From positions 11,346-75,345 of the forward strand of contig CAVBXG010000003.1 in NCBI GenBank assembly GCA_963599585.1: a stretch of DNA of 64,000 bases, written 5' to 3'. Shown here one piece after another: positions 17,869 through 27,967 of the stretch. Source of the stretch: a bacterium (GTDB taxonomy: Bacteria; Spirochaetota; Spirochaetia; Treponematales; Treponemataceae). The position numbers and the translations under genes were made by a program. The notes beneath the pieces were generated by a model. The model had not been told where the DNA came from. It did not search any database and worked only from the letters and a program-made list of their open reading frames with translations. How positions within the stretch are numbered: the stretch's first letter is position 1; every line of letters begins with the position of its first letter.

Positions 17869-19971
17869 CTAAAAGCCTGCTTCCGAATTGTTTGAATATT
17901 CAACAGAATGATTTTTTTTGTCCATATAAATTGCAACACCGTTTCCAGAACGATTTTTTAAATCTCCAGAAAAATTATTGCCTGAAATTGTTGAATACGT
18001 ATCAAAAAGTTCCGCGATGCGCCCCAAAGAAGCCGTAACTTTACATTCAGAATCTTTTAACTCAAAAAGTCCGCCTTGAGAAGAAAAATTAACCGCCGTG
18101 TCCGCGACTGCTGCAATCCGGGATTTTTTTACATTCAATTTTGACTGAACAGCAGAAATTACGCAAGAATATACAGAAGCCGACGTTGTTATTCCAGAAT
18201 TTTCGATGTTTACAACAGAATTGTCAGAATTTATCGCAGTTCCATTTTTTCCGAACAGGCAGTTCAACTCAACATTGCTGAAAAAAAGGACTCCACGCTC
18301 AACATTGAAAATATTTGCGCTTTCCCTTGAAAAATCCTGCTCAGAAAATGAAATCAAAACATCAGAAAAAGAAAAACTTGAATTCCGTATGTCAAAATTG
18401 GTTTTCGGTCCAAGGATAAGCCGGGCATCATCTGAACCTTGAATTGAGCAGTTTGAATTTACAACAATCCGCTCGTTAGGCACAGAGACAGTTCCTTTTA
18501 AATTTATGCGTAAAAAACGGCTGTTTTTCAAGAACGGAACAATCTCTGCAAATGACGAATATGGAAAGTCCTTTGAGCCGTTCGCATTGTTTTTTGCCTC
18601 GGCAGAAGTAATTGAGCCATCCACGTAATAATTGCACGTGTCAATAATGACTGAATATTCAGTTGTCTTGCTTTTGTTACCTTCCGCGTCAACACAATAA
18701 GCTAAAATCCGGTATGCAATTGCGCCATCCGCAGATGAAGAAAGCTTAAACGATTTTTTTGAGAGCGGCTCGAATTTCTGGTCAGAAAGCTCGAAAAGCG
18801 CGGAATTTGATTCAACTGAGTAATCATCGTTTAAAATAACCGGACCTGCAAAATTTACAAAAATCTTATTGTTTTCAGGTGATTCTATCGTTAGCAAAGT
18901 TTCCTGGCGTATAAAATTTCCGGGAACAGATGAGGAAATAACTGGCTGAGCCGGATTTTTTTTGTTTATTGCAAAAGGAATTTCAAATTCTCCCTGAAAA
19001 ACCGAGTCAAAATAAATTCCGGCTTCCAAAGTTCCTTTAAAATTATCGCCTTTAAAAGTGTCAATTGTAATCTGGTCAAAAAGTTCAGAAGAATTTCCGT
19101 CTGAATCAAGGATTCCGAATTTGTAGCCGTCCTGACCTTCAAAAGAAACAGAGACCGCCCCGCCCTCCAGTTTTTCTGTGCGCAGCAACGGTTTTGGCGG
19201 AAGAACGTAAAATTTCACGATATTTTCATCAGAATAGGCAACATCCTGCCACGAAATCATGTGGTTCTGGCTTCTGTCAAGCTGGAGATTTTCTTTTGGA
19301 AGATACCACCAGCTGTCATCAATTTTATAGATTTTTTTCCGGTCCTTGAAATTTATGCTCGACCAGTCAGAGATTTCAAAAGGAACGTCTTTTCTTGTGT
19401 AAAGCCCGGTCGCAACAGGATGAACATTTATCACAAAACGCCATTTTGATTTTCCGTCTGTAACGGTGCAAGGCAACAAACGCGGAACAACAGAATTTTT
19501 GCTTACGGAAAGCTCTGTTCCCGGCTCGAATTCGTAATCTTCTGTGCCGAACGAAAATTCCAATGAAGGAGGAATGGAAAAAACATCTCCGCAGTTGTAG
19601 TCAATCGTGCCGCTAAGATTTATGGATTCAACAAATTTACAGGCATCCTGCTCTTCTGGAAGCGAAGCCGGAGAAACTTTGTAGTCAATTTTTTCCAGCC
19701 GCTTGCTGCCGTTCTTGTCAATTACCGCAACAGAGACAGAAACATTTCCGTCCAAATCAATAAGAACCGGACCGTCATAAGCTATGCCCGAAGTTTCCGG
19801 GTCTTCCCCGCTGAACGAATAATAAACGCTGCTGGAAGACGGCGAATCGACGACAAGAACCTGCTTGTTCGCCCAAGTTCCCTGCACAGGATTTAAAACC
19901 TGCGCGTTCGCGTAAAAAAGAGATTCCAAAAAGAAACAGACGATTGTAAAAAGCCGAAATGTTTTTTTCAT
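17869..19971 (-). CDS. Hypothetical secreted protein (Fn3-associated/chitobiase-C-like N-terminal module, beta-helix-like C-terminus)
   Basis: 700 aa with a signal peptide (FTIVCFFLESLFYANAQ). VYYSFSGEDPETSGIAYDGPVLIDL resembles the CHB_HEX_C/Fn3-associated motif. The C-terminal third has repetitive N/S/G-rich segments suggesting a parallel beta-helix. Confidence 0.55.
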   Translation of the reverse strand: MKKTFRLFTIVCFFLESLFYANAQVLNPVQGTWANKQVLVVDSPSSSSVYYSFSGEDPETSGIAYDGPVLIDLDGNVSVSVAVIDKNGSKRLEKIDYKVSPASLPEEQDACKFVESINLSGTIDYNCGDVFSIPPSLEFSFGTEDYEFEPGTELSVSKNSVVPRLLPCTVTDGKSKWRFVINVHPVATGLYTRKDVPFEISDWSSINFKDRKKIYKIDDSWWYLPKENLQLDRSQNHMISWQDVAYSDENIVKFYVLPPKPLLRTEKLEGGAVSVSFEGQDGYKFGILDSDGNSSELFDQITIDTFKGDNFKGTLEAGIYFDSVFQGEFEIPFAINKKNPAQPVISSSVPGNFIRQETLLTIESPENNKIFVNFAGPVILNDDYSVESNSALFELSDQKFEPLSKKSFKLSSSADGAIAYRILAYCVDAEGNKSKTTEYSVIIDTCNYYVDGSITSAEAKNNANGSKDFPYSSFAEIVPFLKNSRFLRINLKGTVSVPNERIVVNSNCSIQGSDDARLILGPKTNFDIRNSSFSFSDVLISFSEQDFSRESANIFNVERGVLFFSNVELNCLFGKNGTAINSDNSVVNIENSGITTSASVYSCVISAVQSKLNVKKSRIAAVADTAVNFSSQGGLFELKDSECKVTASLGRIAELFDTYSTISGNNFSGDLKNRSGNGVAIYMDKKNHSVEYSNNSEAGF

Positions 19972-19977
19972 TTTTTA

Positions 19978-20592
19978 TTATTTTTCACCGAATAAAGGAT
20001 CTAGAACTTTTTTAAGCTCTGAATCCTGCTTGTAATAATTTTCCTCAAGCTCTTTTGTTGAAAGCCCGACCAGCTCATGGCTCATATAGTGAATCCAGCG
20101 GTCGTCTTCCGGCGTATTTATAACAAATTTTCTGCACCAGTAGTCAGGTTTTACAGGCGGCTGTTCCTTATATTTGAATTCCTTGTAGTCGTGCACAACA
20201 ACCTTGATATTTTCACGCGGAACGCCGTAGTCGTACAAAATATTCACAAGCGCATCGATTGTATTTCCTGAATCATAAATATCGTCAATCAGCATAATCT
20301 GGTCGCCGGGACGAAGATTTTTCGGCGGATAAGTCCATCCGTCAACATAAACGCGTGGAGTGCTTTTTCTTACGTCTGAATATGAGCGAGCCACAACTGC
20401 CGCATATAAAACAGGATGCTTGTCCTTCCGCACAATTTTATAATATTCGCTTATTACATTTGACATATAAGCGCCGCCGCGGAGAGAACAATAAATTACA
20501 TCTGGAACAAAATGATCCTCGTTGTAAATTTTGTATGCAAGTTTCAATGCATCGTTTCTAACTGTATCATAATTTAAAAATTCTTTTATCAT
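19978..20592 (-). CDS. Phosphoribosyltransferase (purine PRT-like)
   Basis: PRPP-binding motif QIMLIDDIYDSGNTIDAL; 204 aa. Confidence 0.7.
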   Translation of the reverse strand: MIKEFLNYDTVRNDALKLAYKIYNEDHFVPDVIYCSLRGGAYMSNVISEYYKIVRKDKHPVLYAAVVARSYSDVRKSTPRVYVDGWTYPPKNLRPGDQIMLIDDIYDSGNTIDALVNILYDYGVPRENIKVVVHDYKEFKYKEQPPVKPDYWCRKFVINTPEDDRWIHYMSHELVGLSTKELEENYYKQDSELKKVLDPLFGEK

Positions 20593-20599
20593 AGATTCA

Positions 20600-20628
20600 A
20601 TTATAAATCAAAATGCCGCAATTGACAA
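20600..20628 (-). promoter_or_regulatory. Sigma70-type promoter TTGTCA-N17-TATAAT placed 7 nt from the PRT start codon (leaderless-type arrangement)
   Basis: The -35 is at 20628..20623 and the -10 at 20605..20600. Only tgaatct separates the -10 from ATG 20592, and there is no SD sequence. Confidence 0.45.
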
Positions 20629-20659
20629 TTGAATGAAATTCACTTGCGAAGAATAAAGA

Positions 20660-21631
20660 CTAGTACAGCTCAAAGTTGCCTTTTACCGGGAAAAAATTGA
20701 ATTTTGTTCCGCAGATTGCCTGGGCGCAAATCCGCCTGTTCACGCCAAAATTATTTTCTTCAACGATTCTTGCGGCTCCCCGGGGCTTTTTTGCCGCGCG
20801 CTGAACAGAATATTCCAGTTCTGACAAAAAAGTCTGGAATGCGGCCGGAGAATCTTCCATCAAATCTGAACGGGCAACAAGAACTGAACGGGGAAAAGTC
20901 TTTCCGTAACCAAAAACCCTTTCGCACTGTTCCTGAAAATCTATCGCTACTTTTGCATTTTTTGAACGGTTAAAAAGGTCTGAAACGGCAGGCTCTGCAA
21001 CAAGAACATAATCAGCTTTTTTCTGCACAAATTCAGAGACAAGTTCCGCCTGCGATTTTTTTACGACAATCTCAACGCCGGCAGAACCTTCCTCAACAGG
21101 AATTGAATTTTTTTCCAGAAGATTCAGCAAAAGTTTTTCCGCAAAACCTTCTCCGGCAACATAAATTTTGTTTCCAATCAAATCTGAAAACTGAATTTTT
21201 CCTTTTCTTCTTGTGATGATTTTAAAATCAATGTCGGTTACAACCGCGGAAACGCTGAGCTGTCCACTTGAGTCAGCGGCGAGCGTCTTTGCGGAATCAG
21301 AAGAAATAATTGTGGCGTCAACAAAACCTTGCTTCATTTTTGAAAAAAGCTCAAAAGGCGTTTCAAAAAGCTGAAAAGAATATTTTTGCCCGGAAGTCTG
21401 ATTTTCCTGGGCGGCTGGAATTTCAGCGGAAATTTGCTCCGCGGAAGAATTTTTTTGCTCTTCAAGATTTTCTGGCGCAGATTCGGGCTGAATTTTCTGG
21501 TTGTCGGAATACATAAACGCGAACGGAATTGAATCCATGCCTTTTAAGATTCCGATTCGGATTTCCGCAAAAAGATTTTCCGCGAAAAAAGCTGAAAAAA
21601 CAATCAGAATGTAAAAAAATTTATTTTTCAT
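20660..21631 (-). CDS. Secreted periplasmic-binding-protein-like protein (type 2 PBP fold suspected) with a low-complexity insert
   Basis: Signal peptide (FFYILIVFSAFFAENLFA) and alternating beta/alpha pattern (IRIGILKG...DATIISSD...KIYVAGEG...DYVLVAEPA) reminiscent of NMT1/TauA-like binding proteins. No cognate permease is adjacent. Weak call. Confidence 0.4.
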   Translation of the reverse strand: MKNKFFYILIVFSAFFAENLFAEIRIGILKGMDSIPFAFMYSDNQKIQPESAPENLEEQKNSSAEQISAEIPAAQENQTSGQKYSFQLFETPFELFSKMKQGFVDATIISSDSAKTLAADSSGQLSVSAVVTDIDFKIITRRKGKIQFSDLIGNKIYVAGEGFAEKLLLNLLEKNSIPVEEGSAGVEIVVKKSQAELVSEFVQKKADYVLVAEPAVSDLFNRSKNAKVAIDFQEQCERVFGYGKTFPRSVLVARSDLMEDSPAAFQTFLSELEYSVQRAAKKPRGAARIVEENNFGVNRRICAQAICGTKFNFFPVKGNFELY

Positions 21632-24267
21632 TTGCGGATTTTTTCCTTTTCTGTCTGAAGCACAGGAATTCTCTGGATAATTTCAGTTTTCTCTTTTTCA
21701 AGCCGGACTGAAATCTTATTTTTCTGAAGCTCAACAACGATTTTGTTCAAAGTTTTGTCTTTTTGCGCAAGAAGTTCCAAGGAAAGCGGCTCCTCAATTT
21801 CTTTTTGAATAAGACGACGCATCGGACGCGCGCCCATTGAAGGTTCATAGCCGTTTTCAACAAGATAATTTTTTGCATTTTTGCTTAAATATATTGAAAA
21901 AGATTTTTCCGAGAGCCGTTCCGCAAGTTCATTTATCTGGATTTCAAGAATTCTTGCAATTTCTGGTTTTTCAAGCGCCTTGAAAACTACAACATCATCA
22001 ACGCGGTTTAAAAGTTCCGGGCTAAGAAGTTTTTTCAGTTCAGAAAGCGCATTCGTCTTTATCTGCTCATAAGGAAGAATTCCATTTTCTGACTTTGAAA
22101 AACCAATCGTTCCTTCGCTTGTAATCTGCCTTGCGCCGGCATTGCTTGTCATAATGACAATCGTGTTGCGGAAATTAACTGTATGCCCAAGATTGTCGCT
22201 CAACTCACCTTCCTCCAAAATCTGAAGAAGAAGATTGAATACATCTGGATGCGCTTTTTCAATCTCGTCAAGAAGAACAACCGAATACGGATGGCGGCGG
22301 ACTTTTTCTGTAAGAACTCCACCTTCCTCGTAACCGATATATCCCGGAGGCGCACCGATAAGGCGGCTTACATTGTGTTTTTCCATAAAATCAGACATAT
22401 CAATGCGGATAACCTGTTCTTCTGACCCGAAAATGAATTTTGAGAGAGCTTTTGCAAGCTGAGTTTTTCCAACGCCGGTCGGACCTAGAAAAATAAATGA
22501 ACCAATCGGATGCTTTGGGGAAGAAATTCCCGTCCGGCTTCTGCGGATTGCGCTGCTTATTGAACGGACAGCTTCCTCCTGACCAATTACAGTTCTGTGA
22601 AGCTCTTTTTCCATGCTCAAAAGGCGTTCGGTTTCAGAAGAGTCCAAATGCTCAACTGGAATTCCTGTCATTTCTGCGATAATGTGGCAAACATCATGCG
22701 TTGTGACAATTTTTTTGTGCTCAGATTTTTTTTGCCGCCAGAGTTCAAGACGAGTGCGAAGTTCATTCTGGAGCTCATGGATTTTGTTCCGGGCTTTTGC
22801 CGCATTCTCAAAATCCTGAAATTTTACAAAAGCCAGTTTTTCCTGAGTAAGATTTTTTATCTGCTGGTTTATCTGTTCAAATTCGGCAGGTCGCTTTTCC
22901 TTTTCAATTTTTTTCTGCGCGCCGGCCTCATCAAGAATGTCAATCGCTTTGTCCGGAAGCCAACGTTCATTTATGTAGCGGCGGCTTAATTTTACGATAA
23001 GCGGAACAACATCTTTTTCGTATAGAACGCCATGGAATTTTTCAAACTGACTTTTTATTCCTTCAAGGATTTTTTCCGTGTCTTTGTCGGAAGGTTCTTC
23101 CACATTGATTTTCTGGAAACGTCTTTCAAGCGCAGGATTTTTTTCAATATATTTCGTGTATTCTTTTGAAGTTGTCGCGCCAATAATCTGAATTTCCCCG
23201 CGCCCCAAAGCTGGTTTCAGCATATTCGCGGCATCCATCGCTCCGTCCTGACCGCCGGCTCCAATCAGCGTGTGAATCTCATCGATAAAAAGAATAATAT
23301 TTTTCGATTTTTTCAGGATTTCTATCATGCGCTTCATCCGCTCTTCAAATTCACCGCGATATTTCGTTCCGGCAACAACAGATGCAAGATCAAGGGCAAG
23401 AATATGTTTTTTCAAAAGCCCATCTGGAACATCACCTTGGGCAATATGCTGGGCAAGCCCTTCCACAATTGCGGTTTTTCCAACGCCCGGCTCGCCGACA
23501 AGACAAGGATTATTTTTTGAGCGGCGGCTTAGGATTTGAACCATGCGATTTATCTCTTTTTCGCGGCCGATAACAGGATCAATTTTCTGTTTTTCTGAAA
23601 GAACTGTAAGGTCGCGGGTGCAGTTTTTTAAAAATGAATCAACTTTATCGACTTCAAATTCTTTTTCTGCTGATTCATAGTCGCGGTTCTGCGCTGAAAT
23701 ATCTTCAGTATGATTTTCCATATCGTCAAAATCATCCTCAACAAGCGCATTGTGAAAATATTTATCCTTAAGATAATCAATTGAATGTTCAATATATTCC
23801 GGTTCGGGCTGAATAAATTTTTTCTGCTGATTTTTTATATCCGCTGTTTTTTGGCGGACGGTTTTCAGCTCAATTCCTGCCATAAAAAAGAATTTTGCCG
23901 CAAGGCTTCCTGTTTCGCGGACAACTGCAATAAGAAGATGCTCTGTTCCGATAAAATTATCACCAAAAGCCATTGATTCCATCAGCGCAAGGTCAAGAAT
24001 CGTCTGGATTCTACGGCTGAAAATAATTTTTTCAGGATTTTCAACTTCTTCACTGGAATATTGCCGCAAAAATTTATAAATTTCGTTCTTAAGATTTTTT
24101 AATTCTTCTGAAAAACAGCCAAGCACAGAATTTCCGGTACATTCCTGAAAATTCATGATTGCAAGAATTATATGTTCCGGAAGAATTTCCATGCAACTGC
24201 TCAAAAAAGCTTCTTTTCTGGCAAGTTCTTCCAAAATTTTTGCCGCATTTTCTGTAAATTTGTTCAT
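21628..24267 (-). CDS. clpC: ATP-dependent Clp protease ATP-binding subunit ClpC
   Basis: 879 aa with Clp-N repeats, two AAA+ modules ([15 protein letters not shown]; [16 protein letters not shown]) and a UVR-like middle domain ([18 protein letters not shown]). Confidence 0.9.
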   Translation of the reverse strand: MNKFTENAAKILEELARKEAFLSSCMEILPEHIILAIMNFQECTGNSVLGCFSEELKNLKNEIYKFLRQYSSEEVENPEKIIFSRRIQTILDLALMESMAFGDNFIGTEHLLIAVVRETGSLAAKFFFMAGIELKTVRQKTADIKNQQKKFIQPEPEYIEHSIDYLKDKYFHNALVEDDFDDMENHTEDISAQNRDYESAEKEFEVDKVDSFLKNCTRDLTVLSEKQKIDPVIGREKEINRMVQILSRRSKNNPCLVGEPGVGKTAIVEGLAQHIAQGDVPDGLLKKHILALDLASVVAGTKYRGEFEERMKRMIEILKKSKNIILFIDEIHTLIGAGGQDGAMDAANMLKPALGRGEIQIIGATTSKEYTKYIEKNPALERRFQKINVEEPSDKDTEKILEGIKSQFEKFHGVLYEKDVVPLIVKLSRRYINERWLPDKAIDILDEAGAQKKIEKEKRPAEFEQINQQIKNLTQEKLAFVKFQDFENAAKARNKIHELQNELRTRLELWRQKKSEHKKIVTTHDVCHIIAEMTGIPVEHLDSSETERLLSMEKELHRTVIGQEEAVRSISSAIRRSRTGISSPKHPIGSFIFLGPTGVGKTQLAKALSKFIFGSEEQVIRIDMSDFMEKHNVSRLIGAPPGYIGYEEGGVLTEKVRRHPYSVVLLDEIEKAHPDVFNLLLQILEEGELSDNLGHTVNFRNTIVIMTSNAGARQITSEGTIGFSKSENGILPYEQIKTNALSELKKLLSPELLNRVDDVVVFKALEKPEIARILEIQINELAERLSEKSFSIYLSKNAKNYLVENGYEPSMGARPMRRLIQKEIEEPLSLELLAQKDKTLNKIVVELQKNKISVRLEKEKTEIIQRIPVLQTEKEKIRK

Positions 24268-25388
24268 AAATTCCCCAAAGAAATATTCTGGACTGCCTCG
24301 TGCAAAATCAAAGCCCTAAGCCGGTCAATTTTTCCTTTTTTATCGTTTAAAATGTCTTTTTCAAAAGAAAAATTTCCTTCTTTTAACAAAAAAATAATAT
24401 GATAAGGCTGAATTTTAAAAAGCAGCTCGCACAATTTTTCCTGTTCAATTCCAGAAATAAAACCGCATTTCAAGCCAACCATCAAATCGGAAATAATTTC
24501 AACAGTTTCGGGAAGGCTTTCCAGCAGGCTGAATTTTGCAAGCGAATACGACCTTATGACTGAATTAAAAACAACTGTCCTTTTTGTATCGGCATAATCG
24601 GCAAAAATCTTGCGTTCGATTTCGGCAATGTACATGCAGGCCACCTCGAATTCTGCAATCTGGTCAAATTCCGAGCCGCGCATCGAGTTTTTTGTGCTGA
24701 GCAGATAAAAACTTCCGGCCGCGCTTCCGTTTGAAACCTGCGGAAAAGCAGGCGAAATATCCAGATTCTTGTCTTTTATAAATTCTGCAACAAGCGAAAA
24801 GTTTCCAGTCCGCACAATTCCCGGAATATGAATCCGCGCGGAAATTTTCATTCCAGACCCGGCATCTTTTAACGCGCACGTTAAATATCCAAAATCATAA
24901 GTCGCCGCAAACTGAAGATTTTTCTGAAGTTTTCCGTCAATTTCCGAACATTCTGAAAAGCAAGCCTGAAAATCAAGTCCTGCGCGAAAAGAAGAAATTC
25001 TTACGTGGTCGCCGGAATTCACAAGCGCACTTAACGAAAGAGATTTTTTCTTCTGAAAAACAAGTCCTGTTTCAGCCGGGAATTTTTGCCGCTGGTTTTT
25101 AGAAAAACCAGAAGATTTCAGGACGCCCCACTCTTCAAAAAGTTTTCGGCCGTCGCCGTTTATTGATTTTGAGTCAACAACGCTGAAGGAAAAATTCTCT
25201 TCCTCAGACTGAATCCTTGAAAAAGCGTCAAAAACAAGACTCTGAACGCGCTCGGAATCATCGCCCCGGAAATTCATTGCAAACGGAAAATTCGCAAGAT
25301 TTCTTGCAAGCCGGACTCTTGAGGAAATCACAACATCCTGAAACGGACCTTTTTCTGTATACCAAGGAACTTCAACTTCGCTAGACAT
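24264..25388 (-). CDS. mcsB: McsB-like protein (ATP:guanido phosphotransferase fold; catalytic motifs look degenerate)
   Basis: DVVISSRVRLARNLANFPF and GDHVRISSF match the McsB N-terminal region. ATG 25388 overlaps the mcsA stop by 8 nt, and the stop overlaps the clpC start. Confidence 0.75.
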   Translation of the reverse strand: MSSEVEVPWYTEKGPFQDVVISSRVRLARNLANFPFAMNFRGDDSERVQSLVFDAFSRIQSEEENFSFSVVDSKSINGDGRKLFEEWGVLKSSGFSKNQRQKFPAETGLVFQKKKSLSLSALVNSGDHVRISSFRAGLDFQACFSECSEIDGKLQKNLQFAATYDFGYLTCALKDAGSGMKISARIHIPGIVRTGNFSLVAEFIKDKNLDISPAFPQVSNGSAAGSFYLLSTKNSMRGSEFDQIAEFEVACMYIAEIERKIFADYADTKRTVVFNSVIRSYSLAKFSLLESLPETVEIISDLMVGLKCGFISGIEQEKLCELLFKIQPYHIIFLLKEGNFSFEKDILNDKKGKIDRLRALILHEAVQNISLGNL

Positions 25389-25935
25389 TGGAATCTCCTT
25401 TTGACGCGGCAGAAAAATCTTCATCAGAGCCGCGGGCAACGCTTCCGTGTTCAAGGGCGCGCAAAAAATCGCGGTAGACAGCGGCTTTCTCGTAGTTTTC
25501 TGATTCAACGGCCTCCTCAAGTTTTGCCTGAAGATCCGCACGGTCGGTAAGAGAATTCCTGAAATGAGAAAGTCGCTTTGGCATTGAGCCTGAATATTTT
25601 TCAGAAACGCCGAGACTTTTCAGCTCTGCGGTGATTTCATTTCTGAAAGTTTCGTAACATTCCGGGCAACCGGCGATTTTATTTTTTCTGATTTCTCCAA
25701 GGCTTCTTCCGCAGACAGGGCAAAGCCGCGAGAAATCTTCGTTGTTTTTTTTGTCGCGTTCTTTTATTTCCTCAAAAATCGACTCAATATTTTTTACGTC
25801 CGGCGCAGTTATTCTTGTCGAGATTCCACGTGAGGCGGCACAGTTCATGCAAAGATTCAATTTTCTTTTTCCGCCGTTTCCTATTGCCTCAAGAAAAATT
25901 ACGGCTTCATTTTTTTTACAAAGGTCACAAATCAT
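25381..25935 (-). CDS. mcsA: McsA-like zinc-finger / UVR-domain protein
   Basis: MICDLCKKNEA...CMNCA and CPVCGRSL...CPECYETF CxxC pairs, plus a UVR motif LEEAVESENYEKAAVYRDFLRAL. It sits immediately upstream of mcsB-clpC. Confidence 0.7.
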   Translation of the reverse strand: MICDLCKKNEAVIFLEAIGNGGKRKLNLCMNCAASRGISTRITAPDVKNIESIFEEIKERDKKNNEDFSRLCPVCGRSLGEIRKNKIAGCPECYETFRNEITAELKSLGVSEKYSGSMPKRLSHFRNSLTDRADLQAKLEEAVESENYEKAAVYRDFLRALEHGSVARGSDEDFSAASKGDSNV

Positions 25936-27266
25936 TAGGATTTCCTGAAAATATCAAGAGGTTTTTCTTTTCCGGCTTTTACAGCTGGAACAACTGAAAC
26001 GCAAAAAGAAAGAAGCAGAACTGAAACACAGACCGCAAAAAGTTCGGCAAACGGGATTGAAATCGGAATCGTGGTCAGATAATAAGCTGGATCCAGAAGA
26101 TGAACCTGCGAAAAACCTTCCGCGCTTCCGCCTGAAAAAATGTACGCAGTCCTTGAAAAAAAGTTCACGATTTTTTCCGTAAAGGAAATCAGCTCATTTG
26201 CGTTTACAGAAAGCAGAAGCCCGACAGGAAGTCCAAGCAGAATTCCACAGAAGCCGCAGGCAAGTCCCGTAATCAAAAAAGAAACCGTAATTCCGCGGCT
26301 TGTTCCTCCAAGGCTCTTTAAAATCGCGATTTCGCGGCGGCGTTCCATCACAAGCATAACAATCGCTGAACTTATATTCACCGCGGCGACAAGCACAATC
26401 AGAAACATTATAAAAATCAGCAGAACTTTTGTTGAGGAGAAATTTTCAAACTGGCTTGAATTCAACTCTTTCCACGAATACAAAAGTCCAGTTCCATTGG
26501 TGATTTCCTCGCAGTCCTTTTGAATCTGGACAAGTTTTTTTGAAAAAGTTTCCGAGGTTTTTAACATCACGGAAAAACTTGCAGATTCGCGCGGAATCAC
26601 AGAAAATCCGGTTTCAAGCGGAATAAAAATCCAGAGCGAATCCATCTCCTGATAGCCGGAAGAAACAATTGCCGCAACCTTGAAAGTCGAGACTTTCGGC
26701 GAAATCGCCCCGCTTGAGCTTATATTTGTTGTAATCAGCCGGAATGTGCTTCCAGCCTTTAAATTCAAAAGCTCAGCCATCTTTGTTCCTATCACAGCAG
26801 ATTTTTTGTCGGAAACAAAAGAATTCAAGTCGCCGTCAAAAATCTCAAAAAGAGCTGAAAAATCTTTGTTCCTAAAAAAAATATCTGGCTCAACTGCGCG
26901 GATTCTTGCGCCAGTGCGGTAGGATTTTCCAGCCGCAAGAGCATCGGTTTCTATCTGCGGAAAAACTCCTGTAACGCCGGAAACTTTTGAAAAAAGATTT
27001 GCGTACGCGGTGAAATTTTCCCTGGATTCGGCAAAAGAGCTTCTGCGCGAAATAAAACTTTCCAGATCACTTGTGCTTAGCCCGATTATGCGCCTCGTCA
27101 TTCCGCCAATCATTCCATCTGAAACGGAAAGAACGACAACCAGCGGAACAAGACTGATTCCAATGCAGACCATTGCGCCAAGAACACTTCGCCGTGCGGA
27201 AGATTTTCGCGCGCTTTTCGGGAAAATCAGCCTAAAAGCAAAAAGCAATGAAGATTTCAACGTCAT
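25935..27266 (-). CDS. lolE: Lipoprotein-releasing ABC transporter permease (LolC/LolE, FtsX-like)
   Basis: 443 aa with a MacB/FtsX topology: N-terminal TM, large periplasmic domain and a C-terminal three-TM bundle with MERRREIAILKSLGGT. Confidence 0.8.
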   Translation of the reverse strand: MTLKSSLLFAFRLIFPKSARKSSARRSVLGAMVCIGISLVPLVVVLSVSDGMIGGMTRRIIGLSTSDLESFISRRSSFAESRENFTAYANLFSKVSGVTGVFPQIETDALAAGKSYRTGARIRAVEPDIFFRNKDFSALFEIFDGDLNSFVSDKKSAVIGTKMAELLNLKAGSTFRLITTNISSSGAISPKVSTFKVAAIVSSGYQEMDSLWIFIPLETGFSVIPRESASFSVMLKTSETFSKKLVQIQKDCEEITNGTGLLYSWKELNSSQFENFSSTKVLLIFIMFLIVLVAAVNISSAIVMLVMERRREIAILKSLGGTSRGITVSFLITGLACGFCGILLGLPVGLLLSVNANELISFTEKIVNFFSRTAYIFSGGSAEGFSQVHLLDPAYYLTTIPISIPFAELFAVCVSVLLLSFCVSVVPAVKAGKEKPLDIFRKS

Positions 27267-27967
27267 TTTTTTGCCCCGGATTTTTCCAAATCAATTTTTT
27301 CAAGATTTCCACAGTTTATCGAATAGCAAATATCACCTTTTTTCGCAAGTTCACGGTCGTGGGTAACAAGAACCAGAGTTTTTTTGTATTTATCAACCAT
27401 TGAAAAAAGCAAATCCCCGATAAGAAGCGCATTTTCCGGGTCAAGATTTCCTGTCGGCTCATCCGCAAGAATCAGCTCAGGATTATTTATAAGCGCGCGG
27501 GCAACCGCAACACGCTGCCGTTCTCCACCAGAAAGTTCACCGGGAAGATGCTCCAGCCGTTTTTCAAGCCCCACATCGCAAAGAAGAATTTTCGCCTTTT
27601 CAATCGCCTGCTTTTTTGACATTCCAGCCATAAAAGCCGCCATGTAGACATTTTCCAGCGCGGAAAAATCCTTTAAAAGGTAATGGAACTGAAAAATAAG
27701 CCCAAGAAATTCCGAGCGGTACAGAGCCTGTTCCTTTTCAGAAAGAGAAGTTACATTCCACGGTCCGGCAATTACAGTTCCAGAAGTAGCCGAGTCAATG
27801 CTTCCGATTATATTCAAAAGAGTGCTTTTTCCGCTTCCGCTCTGCCCGATGATTACAGTTTTGCTTCCTTTCTGGACATCCAGATTCAAATCTTTAAAAA
27901 TTGTTAGCGTCTCATTGCCGTTTGAATAAGTTTTTTCCAGATTGCTGATTTTTACCAAATTATTCAT
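27263..27967 (-). CDS. lolD: Lipoprotein-releasing ABC transporter ATP-binding protein LolD
   Basis: Walker A GQSGSGKSTLLN, signature LSGGERQRVAVARAL and Walker B LILADEPTGNLD. Confidence 0.85.
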   Translation of the reverse strand: MNNLVKISNLEKTYSNGNETLTIFKDLNLDVQKGSKTVIIGQSGSGKSTLLNIIGSIDSATSGTVIAGPWNVTSLSEKEQALYRSEFLGLIFQFHYLLKDFSALENVYMAAFMAGMSKKQAIEKAKILLCDVGLEKRLEHLPGELSGGERQRVAVARALINNPELILADEPTGNLDPENALLIGDLLFSMVDKYKKTLVLVTHDRELAKKGDICYSINCGNLEKIDLEKSGAKK

